DNA of 63,977 nt, filler included, from Octopus bimaculoides (Eukaryota): the NCBI RefSeq assembly GCF_001194135.2. It is 6 parts of 6 records of this genome, joined end to end, with 100 filler letters (N's around TTAATTAATTAA, not from the genome) between each part and the next. Parts side by side here need not be neighbours in the genome. Positions count along the whole stretch, not along the records: positions 1 to 26,472 come from NC_068985.1; 5 more parts are not named here. One strand, 5' to 3'. A model generated the notes under the pieces. It was not told the DNA's origin, made no database searches, and saw only the letters and a program-made list of their open reading frames with translations. The position numbers and the translations under genes were made by a program. Below, piece by piece: positions 1 to 12,682 of this stretch. Each line of letters opens with the position of its first letter. The first letter of the stretch is position 1.

Positions 1-12
1 ACACATACATAC

Positions 13-59
<47 letters not shown>

Positions 60-280
60 CATGTACATATATATGTTTATAAATATATATATGTTTATAC
101 ATATATGTGTATATATGTTTATATATATCTGTATATATGTTTATATATATATGTATATATATATGTATATGTATAAATATATGTATATATGTATATATAT
201 GTATATATATATATACATATATATGTGTATATGTATATATACATATATATATATTATATATACATATATATATTATATAA
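1..280. repeat. Compound (CA)n/(TA)n/(TATG)n microsatellite
   Basis: Directly visible; explains the 61..309 low-complexity ORF. Confidence 0.95.
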
Positions 281-852
281 CTAGATTAATTACAGGTATA
301 TGGGAATAGGTCAGATTACAATATTTGGCGCTTGATTTACTGAAAGTAGCTGGCAAAATGTTCCATAATTACTTGCATTTTTATCATTTCTATACGCATT
401 TACAACTGTTATTGATAAGACTATGATTAATTTTGTATATATCGTTCATGATCTCATTTTTTTTTCTCATTAGTAAATTCCTTTTCACAAATAATTTATT
501 TGAATGATTATCTGATTTATAAATATTTTATTTGGCATTGTATTAGATGACACTCGATAGCAGATCAGAATCGGTACTAAGTGATGTATTTGGGGAGAGA
601 AAACAGTATGCCTGTTTGGGAAACATAGTAAATATATGTTGGAGCATGAACGACACAATATCCCGCAGTGTAAGAGAAAAGTGGAAATCATTTGCATGTA
701 TTAGAGATGTGGACAAATCAATGTCGGGAAAGATTCTATGGAACTATCTCTTGCATACCACCGTCCTAGCTGTGATTTTATTTGCGATACGAAAACATAA
801 CAAGGAGTCTATGTAAAGTGGAAAGAAGTCCACTGAATGTGAATTTTGCATG

Positions 853-1800
853 ACCGGAGGCGAAGTTAAAAATTATCCGCACTTTCTCCATAACATACCT
901 TTAATATTGTCACATTGCCTTCTACGCATACGTTCTTATATTAGAAACTATTGTGGTTACATTTTCGAAGGTTGAGTCTGATTGGGCCATTTTTTCTATC
1001 TGGATTTTCAGTGTCAGCATGGCCGGTTCACTAGCATTCTGCACCAAAGAAGAAGAATGAGCAGTGATCCGATTTCTCTAATGGGAAGATGTGCCATGTT
1101 CTGAAATTCATCGGTCGCTTTTAGCACAATTGGTTAATGGTTTCAACGGTCTGGGTGGCCGTGAGTGGGCGTGCGTTGTCTTGCAACAAAACTTTCTTCC
1201 ACAATAGGCTTTGACATATGGTGAAAATTGCTCGCTTCGGCTTGATGGCCAGCAGCAAAGCACTGTATCTTGCACTGTTGATCGTACTCCTTTTCTAGGT
1301 AGTTTTCCTGTATAAGCTAACCCCCAAAAGAGTTAGCTTCACCTTTCTCGCCAAAGACTGAGTCTTGAATTTCTTCGTCGTTGGCGAACCAGGATGCTTA
1401 CACTCAGTACTCCGTCTTTTTGATTTTGCTTCATAATGATAGACCCACGTATCATCTCCAGTGACTATTCTGCTCATAACTTACTGGCCCTCATTGTTGT
1501 AGTGATCGAATAAACGTTGGCAGATCTCAAGACGTTTGCGCTTGTGCTCTCTTGGCACCCGTCATGCACAAAGCTTATGGAAGTCAAACCCATCGTGGAT
1601 GATTTGATGGGCAGAACCATAATAACTCACCGGTTCACCCTTACCCTCACTCGAGAAGAAAAAATGGCGTAATTAGGCTCAAATTTCGACCATGTGACCA
1701 CATTAGTACCAACCATAAATGCGCATGCGCAGAAGCCAGTGTGCTAATAATAAAGATATGTTATGACGAAAGTGCGGATAATTTTTTTACTTCCCCTCGT
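853..1800 (-). mobile_element. Internally deleted mariner (Tc1/mariner) DNA transposon with both TIRs
   Basis: Left TIR gaggcgaagttaaaaattatccgcactttc (~857-886) is the inverted match of right TIR gaaagtgcggataatttttttacttcccctcgt (1768-1800). A decayed transposase lies between them on the minus strand. Confidence 0.9.
900..1620 (-). pseudogene. Mariner transposase pseudogene fragment
   Basis: Minus-strand pieces with stops/frameshifts: HGSAHQIIHD..RVPREHKRKRLEICQRL, SRIVTGDDTWVYHYEAKSKRRSTECKHPGSPTTKKFKT (first catalytic D motif) and LLQDNARPLTATQTVETINQL (second D, HDNARPH-like). Confidence 0.9.
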
Positions 1801-1834
<34 letters not shown>

Positions 1835-1844
<10 letters not shown>

Positions 1845-2062
1845 ATTTGTGTGTCTGTGTTTGTCCCACCCCCACCATCGCTTCACAACCGATGTTCATG
1901 TGGTTACGTCCTCTTCACTTAGCGGTTTTAGCAAAAGAGACAGATAGAGTAAGTACTAGACTTCCAAAGTATAAGTTCTGGGGTCGATTTATTCGACTAA
2001 AGGCGGTGCTCCGGCATTGCCGCAGTCAAATGACTGAAACAAGTAAAAGTAGTAAAAGAGTT
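1835..2062 (+). mobile_element. SINE family A (Octopus OR-like), 3' half
   Basis: Matches the 3' half of the copies at 10127 and 54245 (tgtttgtccc..gacaaccgat..aagtactag..ggggtcgattt..gcagtcaaatgactgaaacaagtaaaag). Confidence 0.9.
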
Positions 2063-3652
2063 TACTCATATATTGGGTCATCCCATAACTAATGTGGTTT
2101 TTTTCAATTGCATATACTAAAAGTCGGATTGGAACGTGATAAACTAACCGCATCAACTTGCTATAACATCAGGTAGCAATTTTACCATGTCCTTATTCTT
2201 AGTACGAATTTTGAAGAGTGCATTTTGATTTTAAGAGTTATTTGAGGAGAGCAAGTATAACTGGAAAGCATTTTACGGTGTTAAACAAATGTATATTTTG
2301 TGTGCAAAGTGCATGCAAATAAATCTCTTAGTGGTACTTTATTGTGTTCCTTACAATATATAAATATATCAATCATCTTAAGAACTAAATATATTGTATG
2401 AATACAAAGTAGTTGCCAGGATTGGCTCGACTTAAAGAATGAAATATCTAGCAGCTACAATTTGTAAAGTGCTGTTTCATATGCTTATGAGATGGAAGTA
2501 CTGTTGCTTTCTGAAATAAGTCAGCAAATATTACATTTTTTTCTTGCTTCTTCCGATAGTGTTCATAGGTAAAAGCTGGCGAATAAAATATTGCACTTGT
2601 TGAAAGTGATTACTGCTGTATTCATAGCTCATAGCATGGTGTCATACTTCGTGTTCAGTAAAAGTTTTCATACATCCATATGTACGAACAGAGCAAACAT
2701 ACACATATACATGGAACCATACAAACATACAGCACCTCCACACAAACGCACACATACACACATGTATATCCACACATACATATATACATGCATACATATA
2801 CAGATATTTTCATTTATATAAGGCCCTGGAAATTTAGAAAGATGGGATATTTCCAACGCAGCACTGAACCTGAGCTTTAGGCTTTATGCACTTTCGTGTG
2901 TCACAACAGGAAATTTATTGTGTGTTTAGCAAACAATAAAATATAATTCTAACAAGGACACACAGAAAGAATGTATCACATCTTTAATGGCCATTTACAA
3001 CACCTTCTGTGACAACTCTATTTTCAACGCCAGTTCAGGTAATAGTACCAAGTGAAGATTTACGCAATATATACGAATTTCTGCATCAAAGTGGTAAATC
3101 TTCAGATTTACATCAAAGGTACTCTTTCAAATTGTGTTTTGCTTATATTGGCAGNNNNNNNNNNNNNNNNNNNNNNNNNNNNNNNNNNNNNNNNNNNNNN
3201 NNNNNNNNNNNNNNNNNNNNNNNNNNNNNNNNNNNNNNNNNNNNNNNNNNNNNNNNNNNNNNNNNNNNNNNNNNNNNNNNNNNNNNNNNNNNNNNNNNNN
3301 NNNNNNNNNNNNNNNNNNNNNNNNNNNNNNNNNNNNNNNNNNNNNNNNNNNNNNNNNNNNNNNNNNNNNNNNNNNNNNNNNNNNNNNNNNNNNNNNNNNN
3401 NNNNNNNNNNNNNNNNNNNNNNNNNNNNNNNNNNNNNNNNNNNNNNNNNNNNNNNNNNNNNNNNNNNNNNNNNNNNNNNNNNNNNNNNNNNNNNNNNNNN
3501 NNNNNNNNNNNNNNNNNNNNNNNNNNNNNNNNNNNNNNNNNNNNNNNNNNNNNNNNNNNNNNNNNNNNNNNNNNNNNNNNNNNNNNNNNNNNNNNNNNNN
3601 NNNNNNNNNNNNNNNNNNNNNNNNNNNNNNNNNNNNNNNNNNNNNNNNNNNN

Positions 3653-3703
3653 AAAAAGCTTCACTCTCTATTTTGTGTGTGAGTGTGTGTGTGAGTGTGT
3701 ATA

Positions 3704-3735
<32 letters not shown>

Positions 3736-4150
3736 ACATACACACCACTCTCTCACTCTGTCTCACACACATACACACTCACACACACACCCCTTCACCC
3801 ACTCACACTCTGTCTCTTACAAACACACACATACATAAATGTATACAAACATATTTACAAACACACACGTGTGTATGCGCGCGCGTGAGCTCCGGTATTG
3901 ACGTAACCGGTAAAAAGCTTCACTCTCTATTGTGTGTGTGAGTGTGTGTGTTCGTGGGTATGAGAGAGAGAGAGAGAGAGAGAGAGAGTAAATACTACAT
4001 ACACACCGCTCTCTCACTCTGTCTCACACACATACACACGCACACACACACACCCCTTCACTCACTCACACACTGTTTCTTACAAAAAAACACATACATA
4101 AATGTATACAAACATATTTACAAAGACACACGTGTATGCGTGCGCGTGCG
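3653..4150 (+). repeat. Diverged tandem duplication of a ~260-bp microsatellite-rich unit
   Basis: aaaagcttcactctctatt..(GA)n..catactacatacacacc..ttacaaa..catacataaatgtatacaaacatatttacaaa occurs from ~3653 and from ~3913, with several substitutions. Confidence 0.85.
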
Positions 4151-4721
4151 TGTTTGTAAGAGACATAGTGTGAGTGAGTCAAGGGCTGTGTTGTCATATG
4201 CATCCATCCAAAGATGTATGTATATTTATGCATGTACGTATATATGACAACNNNNNNNNNNNNNNNNNNNNNNNNNNNNNNNNNNNNNNNNNNNNNNNNN
4301 NNNNNNNNNNNNNNNNNNNNNNNNNNNNNNNNNNNNNNNNNNNNNNNNNNNNNNNNNNNNNNNNNNNNNNNNNNNNNNNNNNNNNNNNNNNNNNNNNNNN
4401 NNNNNNNNNNNNNNNNNNNNNNNNNNNNNNNNNNNNNNNNNNNNNNNNNNNNNNNNNNNNNNNNNNNNNNNNNNNNNNNNNNNNNNNNNNNNNNNNNNNN
4501 GAGGATATTCACGTAAATCATTTCTTTCATTTAATCCCCATTTTAATTTTCGTAAAAGCTTCCAAGTACCAATGAGGCCTTTTGGCACATCTTCAATTTT
4601 CCCCATTCATGAGAGGCGCCCAGCCATCATTCATCTGAGAGTCCATCTACAGAATGTCCTCAAATTTCTATACAGCCTATTTTGCCGTTTTTTCTTCAAG
4701 TATATAAGCAACAATTTAATT

Positions 4722-4750
4722 CCCGAGCAACGCCGGGTGCCTCTACTAGT
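4722..4750 (+). mobile_element. Helitron-like 3' terminus
   Basis: GC hairpin CCCG-agcaacgc-CGGG (4722-4737), 8 nt, then CTAG|T (4746-4750). This is the canonical Helitron 3' signature; the 5' end was not located. Confidence 0.6.
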
Positions 4751-5454
4751 ATATATATATATACCAAACTAATAATGTTAGTAAAAACGCATTAGCTCCG
4801 GGTGTAACTTTTTCGACTACAACTTTAAAACAACTGATCGAGAATGGTCGCAGTCTATGGATCGACACAAAAGATAAAAGCTATAGCAACAGCATTGTTT
4901 TGAATAAAGAGAAACAAATGGTGTGAAGAAAGACGGCATTAGAGCTGCACAAGCAAATGTGATGCTTTTATAGTTCTACTCATTAAAAACCGATACAGGA
5001 TATCACCATTAAAATGCAATCGACAAATGATTTGACAGGAGGCAACTGTGTTTCTTGAGATTAATAATGCTTCAAGAATGCTTATCAACATCAGAACCAC
5101 TTGCAGTAATTGAATTATTCTGCTGTGTGTTGTATGTATGTAGTCCTCTGTTTTAATTATCTGAATATTTCCACTTCGAAGGAGCTGCTTTTTAAATCAG
5201 ATGCAAAGCTCAATCGTTGGAATTAGATAACAAAAACAATGTCACATTTTGAACTTGAGAAAAATCTTGTATATTTTGACTGCTCTGCTTATAGATTGTA
5301 TTTGTAATGATTTATTTTTCTATAGACCCTAGGTTATCCAGATTATCATTTAGGCATCTACAAAAAAAAAAGCAAGTGTACCAATTATTATTGGTACAGA
5401 TTTGAATTTACTATCTAGACACAGCAACTGGAGGTTTCAAAAGTACTTGTCCAG

Positions 5455-5643
5455 ACGTATGTATGTATGATGTATGTATGTATGTATGGTGTATGTATGT
5501 ATGTATGTAGGTATGTATGTATGTATGTTTGGATGTATGCATGTATGTGTCTATGTGTGTATGTATGTATGTATATATGTATGTGTATGTATGTATGTAT
5601 GTATGTATGACTGGATGTCTGGATTACTGGATGGCTGGATTGA

Positions 5644-5701
<58 letters not shown>

Positions 5702-5708
5702 TGAGTGA
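5455..5708. repeat. (GTAT)n and (GT)n microsatellites
   Basis: Directly visible. Confidence 0.95.
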
Positions 5709-6450
5709 GTCTGTGTTCATGTACAGAGATACAAAATATAAGTAAGCATTAATTGAATTACACTCCGGAGATTCGAAGCGATTTATCACATATTTTATTT
5801 TCTAAGAACAACCTTGACAGTAAATTCTAAGATTCAGCTTGGTAGCCTTCACATAACAAATGTGTGTTCGTGTGTTTGTATTGCACATTCTTTATGAACT
5901 GCATTTGTTGGGAGGAAAACCTCCGTGCTATGCAACGTGATTTACTTGTTCCGGAAAGGTCGATTTTCAGAGTAAATTTGCCGAGGACTTTCGACTTTTA
6001 GATATGGGATGTCAGGTCGAAAACTTCATATGCACTGGTGAAGTTGTCGACTGATTCTATGTGTGTGACAGAAAGAAATGAAGTTTTCTGCGAGTTAAAG
6101 TTCTGAGATGATTTAGCTGTTGATAAATCGATAAGATCACAATTCTGCTTATGTTTAAATTATCTGCTGTAAAAGCATTACCTAACGTTAACACCTTAAT
6201 TTCCTGGAGGTGCTTAAAAATTCGTTACAAAAGAGTATAAGCAGAAGTGTAGGTACAACAATGCAGCTTTGATCCAATTCACATGTGGAAGGGCACTGAC
6301 TGCAGGCGTGTTTGTATATATATAATATGAGTGTGTATGCGTGTGTGAGTGTTTTTGTATGTGTGTGTGTGTGTGTGGGGGGGGGCTTGTGTAAACATAT
6401 ACATATATGAATATTTATATATATCTATATACATATATAAATATATCTAC

Positions 6451-6500
<50 letters not shown>

Positions 6501-7437
6501 ATATTTATTATAAGATCTGGTAATTAGTCATATATTAATATATTAATTAATATCGATTAATTATCAGGGNNNNNNNNNNNNNNNNNNNNNNNNNNNNNNN
6601 NNNNNNNNNNNNNNNNNNNNNNNNNNNNNNNNNNNNNNNNNNNNNNNNNNNNNNNNNNNNNNNNNNNNNNNNNNNNNNNNNNNNNNNNNNNNNNNNNNNN
6701 NNNNNNNNNNNNNNNNNNNNNNNNNNNNNNNNNNNNNNNNNNNNNNNNNNNNNNNNNNNNNNNNNNNNNNNNNNNNNNNNNNNNNNNNNNNNNNNNNNNN
6801 NNNNNNNNNNNNNNNNNNNNNNNNNNNNNNNNNNNNNNNNNNNNNNNNNNNNNNNNNNNNNNNNNNNNNNNNNNNNNNNNNNNNNNNNNNNNNNNNNNNN
6901 NNNNNNNNNNNNNNNNNNNNNNNNNNNNNNNNNNNNNNNNNNNNNNNNNNNNNNNNNNNNNNNNNNNNNNNNNNNNNNNNNNNNNNNNNNNNNNNNNNNN
7001 NNNNNNNNNNNNNNNNNNNNNNNNNNNNNNNNNNNNNNNNNNNNNNNNNNNNNNNNNNNNNNNNNNNNNNNNNNNNNNNNNNNNNNNNNNNNNNNNNNNN
7101 NNNNNNNNNNNNNNNNNNNNNNNNNNNNNNNNNNNNNNNNNNNNNNNNNNNNNNNNNNNNNNNNNNNNNNNNNNNNNNNNNNNNNNNNNNNNNNNNNNNN
7201 NNNNNNNNNNNNNNNNNNNNNNNNNNNNNNNNNNNNNNNNNNNNNNNNNNNNNNNNNNNNNNNNNNNNNNNNNNNNNNNNNNNNNNNNNNNNNNNNNNNN
7301 NNNNNNNNNNNNNNNNNNNNNNNNNNNNNNNNNNNNNNNNNNNNNNNNNNNNNNNNNNNNNNNNNNNNNNNNNNNNNNNNNNNNNNNNNNNNNNNNNNNN
7401 NNNNNNNNNNNNNNNNNNNNNNNNNNNNNNNNNNNNN

Positions 7438-7477
<40 letters not shown>

Positions 7478-9705
7478 CCCTCTATCTATCTATCTATCTA
7501 TCTATTTATCTATCTATATACATATATAAATACATATATTTATATACATATATATGTGTTTGTGTGTCTTACGTCTGCATGTATGAATGTATGTGGATAT
7601 ATGTCTGAGTAGGTGTGTGCTTACACAGAAGGCATACACATACACATTTGTGTATGTATATCTACATGTATACATGGAATATATACAACGTTGTTAGTCT
7701 AACTTTTAGAATATTCTCGATGTATTTTTTAACTGATATTCTAGGGAACTGTTACTTTTTAATCATCCTTTGATTTAAGAATCTCTTATTTAAAAGTTAG
7801 AAGTTGAAACCTCCGCATTAAGATCGATTAGAAACAATAAATACAATATATCGTCGACGACCATACAAACACATCAGTAAGAGATATATTGTAAGAGTTT
7901 GAGAGAATTACAATAGCTTTAACTAAGTGAGAAAAGTTCCTGGTTCCGTTTTTCTGCTTTCCGATGGAGTTATCCATGGTACATATTTATTATCATGCTA
8001 TTGGCTATAATTCGTCTGTTCTTTCGAATATTTCACTACTTAACGAAGTTAAACATTTTGCTTTGACTAATCACACACTTGTTTAAACACAATATTACTA
8101 CTTCACTTATTTGTGTATATCTATTTCCGTGTTTGTATAAATATTTTCTGTATTGTGTTTCAATTTGCGTAGCTTCATTGATTTCCTGATCCGATATTCT
8201 GCCTGATTTAATTACAAATGATCTTGTCACGTATTGTAACGCCAGTAGCGATAGGATATTCAGTTTGTTTTCACCATATAAACTGTTTCAGTATACATAT
8301 TGAAAGGAAGATTCTAAAGATTTGCGTGGACTGCGGGTTATCACTGAAAACATTAGTTTTCAACGAAATTATAATTCGGTATTTCTCCCAATTAGCTTAG
8401 CATTGTTGCAGTAGATCGTTTGTAAGATAGTATTTCACCTAAAGATATCACTATATCACTATGCCGAATGTTGATTAAAGTTTTATTCCTTCTTTGACGT
8501 ATTGTTAAAAAGATGCTGAAAGAAATGATCAATAATACAATCTCAATGGACATTGAGTAATACTTGTTCCTTAAAGGATGCCCAATAATCGAATTTCTTT
8601 CAAGATTATCCTGTGATAGTGTTTTCAGAAATGTGTGTAATGCCGATATGTGATATTATCTAATTTTCCAAATATATAACAACAATGTTACAACTTTCAG
8701 GATGCGTGTGAGAGTGAGTAAGAGAAATAAATAGGCGAAACATATTAGATTAATAGCATCAGAGTAAAGAGATGTGGAGATGTAAGCAGGATTTACTTAT
8801 CTAAACATCAAAATTGCTCTAAGAACACTTCAATGGAAATATAGTTATAGTAGCAAAACATAGAAAAAAGGTAAATAAATAATTACAAAAAGGGTTTGAT
8901 TTGTGAAAGAAATAAATTTGTCTTGAAAATTTTGGTCATTATCTTAATTTGATGTGATTGTATTAAAGTGACATATTTACATTTATGAACACGTATCATT
9001 AATAAAACTGAATAAAATTGCGTATTACAATATAAAAGAATGGAATATATATATATATATACACACATGCATACATTCATTCATAGATACTTACATGCAT
9101 GCATGCATACATTCATTCATAGATACATACATACATACATACATACATACATACATACATACATACACACTTATCCGAACACACGTAGATATCATTTAAC
9201 CACTGCAGGTATTATACGTGAGCAACTTAAATTTTCATCCTCAGAAAGTATTACAGTACCGGAACGCTCTTGCACAAATTTTCCAAGAGAAAGAGATTGA
9301 TAAATAAATTTGTGTGTGCTTCCTTGTGTGTATCTAATATAGTAGAAAGGAGTAGACATGGCTCGCAAGTCGCGTGATATAAACTCCCCATATTCTCCAG
9401 TGCAGAAACAAGGACCTATAAATACAGATAAAAATGTGTCCTTTATTTGCTTGCTCGCATTTTAGCTATGGCAGCTAAATTTTATAATTCGTTGTGTTAA
9501 AGCGTCTCACTTTCATGTACATCTTGTTATAAATAAACTATAACACATTTTCTAATGGATTTTTTTCTCAATAAGAACGCTACATAGAGCGATTTATCTT
9601 CTGGTAATTATAATTAGCAATTATACATATCGCTACATAATGGTAGATTTATGGTAGACTATTATATAGGAAAATATCCTTTATCTACACAATCATTCAA
9701 ATGTA

Positions 9706-9934
9706 TCAACTCTTTAACATTCAGATTACTCTGTCAAATGTAATGTTTATTTATTTCCATTGTTTTGAATTAATTATGCAATATCTTATAGCTTCGAGAT
9801 TTCGATGATATGATAGTTTATTTTTAGGATGACATTGCAGCATAAATGTGAGAGGCTGCATTTAGCCAATTTGAACATGAAAGAATTAGAATATGTTTTG
9901 ACAGACATGGCCGGTTTAAATGCTAAAGGGTTAA
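9706..9934 (+). mobile_element. piggyBac-like (TTAA) MITE, ~225 bp
   Basis: Ends ..aatgctaaaggg|ttaa; body matches the copies at 32647, 46392, 51694 and 51910. Confidence 0.85.
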
Positions 9935-10013
9935 ATATCAGAACAGATTTACATACGAGTATATAAAAGCACATACACATATTACGTTGTTACACAAAAA
10001 AAAAAGAAAATTA

Positions 10014-10078
10014 GTAGGACAGTGGTTTAATGCTCCTTTGCCACATGAGAGACCAAGTTTCTATTTCCGGCCGATGCA
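10014..10078 (+). pseudogene. Degenerate tRNA-Gly(GCC) pseudogene or tRNA-Gly-derived head
   Basis: gtaggacagtggtttaatgctcctttgccacatgagagaccaagtttctatttccggccgatgca aligns ungapped to metazoan tRNA-Gly(GCC) as recalled (about 47/65). Anticodon loop TGCCAC and 3' end ccggccgatgca are retained; the 5' acceptor strand is lost and the stems are broken. Confidence 0.7.
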
Positions 10079-10126
10079 CTATAGTAGCATTTATTGCCTC
10101 GGTCGTAGCCGTTTGCTTCCCAACCA

Positions 10127-10533
10127 GGTGTATGTGTGGCTATGTGGTAAGTAGCTTGCTTATTAACCACATGGTTCCGGGTCCAATCCCACTGCGTGGC
10201 ACTTTGGGCAAGTGTCTTCTACTATAGCCTCGGGCCAACCAAAGCTTTGTGAGTAGATTTGGTAGACGGAAACTGAAAGAAGCCCGTCGAATATATGTAT
10301 ATATATATTTATATATGTATGTGTGTATATGTTTGTGAGTATGTGTCCCCCCCCAACATCGCTCGACAACCGATACTGGTGTGTTTACGTCCCCGTAACT
10401 TAGCAGTTCGGCCAATGAGACCGATAAAATAAGTACTAGGCTTACAAAGAAGAAGTCCTGGGGTCGATTTGCTCGACTAAATGTGGTGCTCCAGCGTAGC
10501 CACTGTCAAATGACTGAAACAAGTAAAAGAGAG
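10127..10533 (+). mobile_element. SINE family A, near full length
   Basis: tRNA-like head (tggctatgtgg A box, ggtccaatccc B box), ctttgggcaagtgtcttctactatagcc core, central (TA/TG)n and 3' tail aagtaaaagag. Confidence 0.92.
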
Positions 10534-10559
10534 TATATGTTAATTGTGGAACACGTCTA

Positions 10560-10560
10560 T

Positions 10561-10641
<81 letters not shown>
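10560..10641. repeat. (CTA)n trinucleotide microsatellite
   Basis: Directly visible. Confidence 0.95.
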
Positions 10642-11395
10642 ATAAACTTGATGATTGCGTAACGCATTAGATTACCATTTTTAATAAGTATATTAAATTC
10701 TATTATTATAATATTGTAAAATTCTGAAATTTGTAAGCAATAAAACGTGAAAAGGAGACTTGAATGGAAATTCATTCATGTATATTCTTCTATACACAAT
10801 CATACAAACTCGGATAGATATCTTCACATATACATACACGAATACATATGCACATGCACGCGCTCGCACACACACACACGCACACACCAATATATACATA
10901 CATATATATGTATATATATATATATGCATATACTCATATTATATATATCTATATATATTTATATATAAAGTGACAGAGACGAATAGACTGTGTTTCATAT
11001 TTTCATATTTAACTTAATCTGTATGCTTGAAAATATCATGAGGAATTTCATATAGACAGTGAAATATAGATTCTATGTTGTAATTCGGATATTGCTTTAA
11101 GCAATGTATATGAAGCAGTCACTGAAACTAATATCGTCTACACTGTCAGATATGGCAAACAGCATAACTGGTCAAAGATAAAATATACGTATATTTACAT
11201 TTCGAAAGCTGTGAACGTCACTACTACGGCTAAAGTTTGAAACATTTGTTTTTGCTTGATCTAAAATTCTGAAAACTTTAAAGAATAGCTTTCTTTAAAT
11301 ATCCACTCTCTCGTAGTTTTTCATGTATATCCCAATATTTATTTCAAGTTTAATTTAATATCAGTTACAACATTGTCTCGTGTCAGTCTGCCAAT

Positions 11396-11806
11396 TGTAA
11401 TTGGCGAGGCCCTGAGGATTGCCCGTTTGACCTGGAGTGTCTGATAAAAACAGACATCTACGAACGACGTGTTTCAAGATAACGGAACAGTAAAGAAGAA
11501 TTACATCAGGTTATGCCAATGCAATTTTAAAAGATGAGACGTAAACCACCAGTATTTATTTCAGCACATCCATAAAGTAAAGCCACTAATTTGCCTAGCC
11601 ACGTATAGCGTTTGAACACCTACTGCATGTAATAATGTAGAGAATCGTATAGAAATCCATGGCATATTATAAATGAACCAAAGAAATGCAATTAATGCAT
11701 CTCTGAAAGATTGCGAATTCTTTTTACGTCCAAAATACCACCACACTGCTCAATTCCAGATCCGAAATTTTCAGAAAATGTAAACATCTGCAAAATTTGT
11801 TTCTTT
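11396..11806 (+). pseudogene. Penelope-like element GIY-YIG endonuclease remnant
   Basis: Frame-shifted pieces CNWRGPEDCPFDLECLIKTDIYE / KKNYIRLCQCNFKR*DVNHQYLFQH / KKCN*CISERLRIL / LLNSRSEIFRKCKHLQNLFL follow the PLE pattern CNCR..CP..G.CL..IY..YIG..FK.R..NH..F..C.LC..EK..I..LLN.RSE..CRH. Confidence 0.8.
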
Positions 11807-12185
11807 GGCATACTGAATAGAGCAGCTACTTTGCTGGCACCTTTGTTGTATTATTTTACAAGTATAACGTCTGCAGTCAGAGAGGACGTAACTCTAAATT
11901 ACTTTCTTTTTCTTTTCCTTTCTTATTCACCCTTTCTCTCATCATTACACATTTTGATTCAATCGCCTCAATTTTTTACGCAGTGTCTCGTGGCTCAGTG
12001 TCCTGCCTTACAGACACAGCAAACCAGGTGCTCAGAGCCATAAAACTGCTTGAAGACTCAAGACACGTTATAAATACCCGCTTAGATACGTGTCTTTATG
12101 GCAAGAATCTATTTGTAGCTCTTGTTTTTTAATGCAGTGTACATAATAACATTATATGTGGGTGTGTTTGTTTGTGTGTGTGTTT

Positions 12186-12223
<38 letters not shown>

Positions 12224-12585
12224 AAGATAGACTCATGCTCATAGATGCACACGCATATGACAAGAATGAATTGCGAAATATTATTTCTCTTGCTTCTTTT
12301 GACTGTGTTTGTCTGCTATTCTCTTTCTCTCTACATCAGTTCCTCTCTCGCTTTGTCACCCACTTTCACTGTTTCTGTTTATGGCTTTCAATTCAAATTA
12401 TATTATGTGATATTTCGGATTTTATTTTTGCTTTCCTATATATGACATCAACAAATATGTTTATAGTGGAATATTTGCGTATGCGATGAATAACAAAAAC
12501 TTATAAAAAATAACTTGTACAAGTTTACCAAAATTGCAACCATCAATCACATGGAATTTTTGTTTAATTTTCCCCCAAATAACCA

Positions 12586-12587
12586 AA

Positions 12588-12665
<78 letters not shown>

Positions 12666-12682
12666 AATAAATAAATAAATAA
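12586..12682. repeat. (AAT)n then (AAAT)n microsatellite
   Basis: Directly visible. Confidence 0.95.

Noticed and set aside
547-816. 89-aa ORF MTLDSRSESV..
   Set aside because: No recognisable motif or codon-like signal; splice sites are weak.
1230-1243. tgctcgcttcggc, matching the U6 5' end
   Set aside because: Lies inside mariner coding sequence; a 13-mer match is compatible with chance.
2111-2136. catatactaaaa..ttggaacg U6-like words (also aaattggtaacgatacag near 25520)
   Set aside because: Short, AT-rich and gapped; not enough to claim a fragmented U6 system.
12040-12110. Possible hammerhead after the Penelope remnant (ttgaaga..; aagacacgt/acgtgtctt hairpin)
   Set aside because: CUGA and GAAA core elements are not intact.
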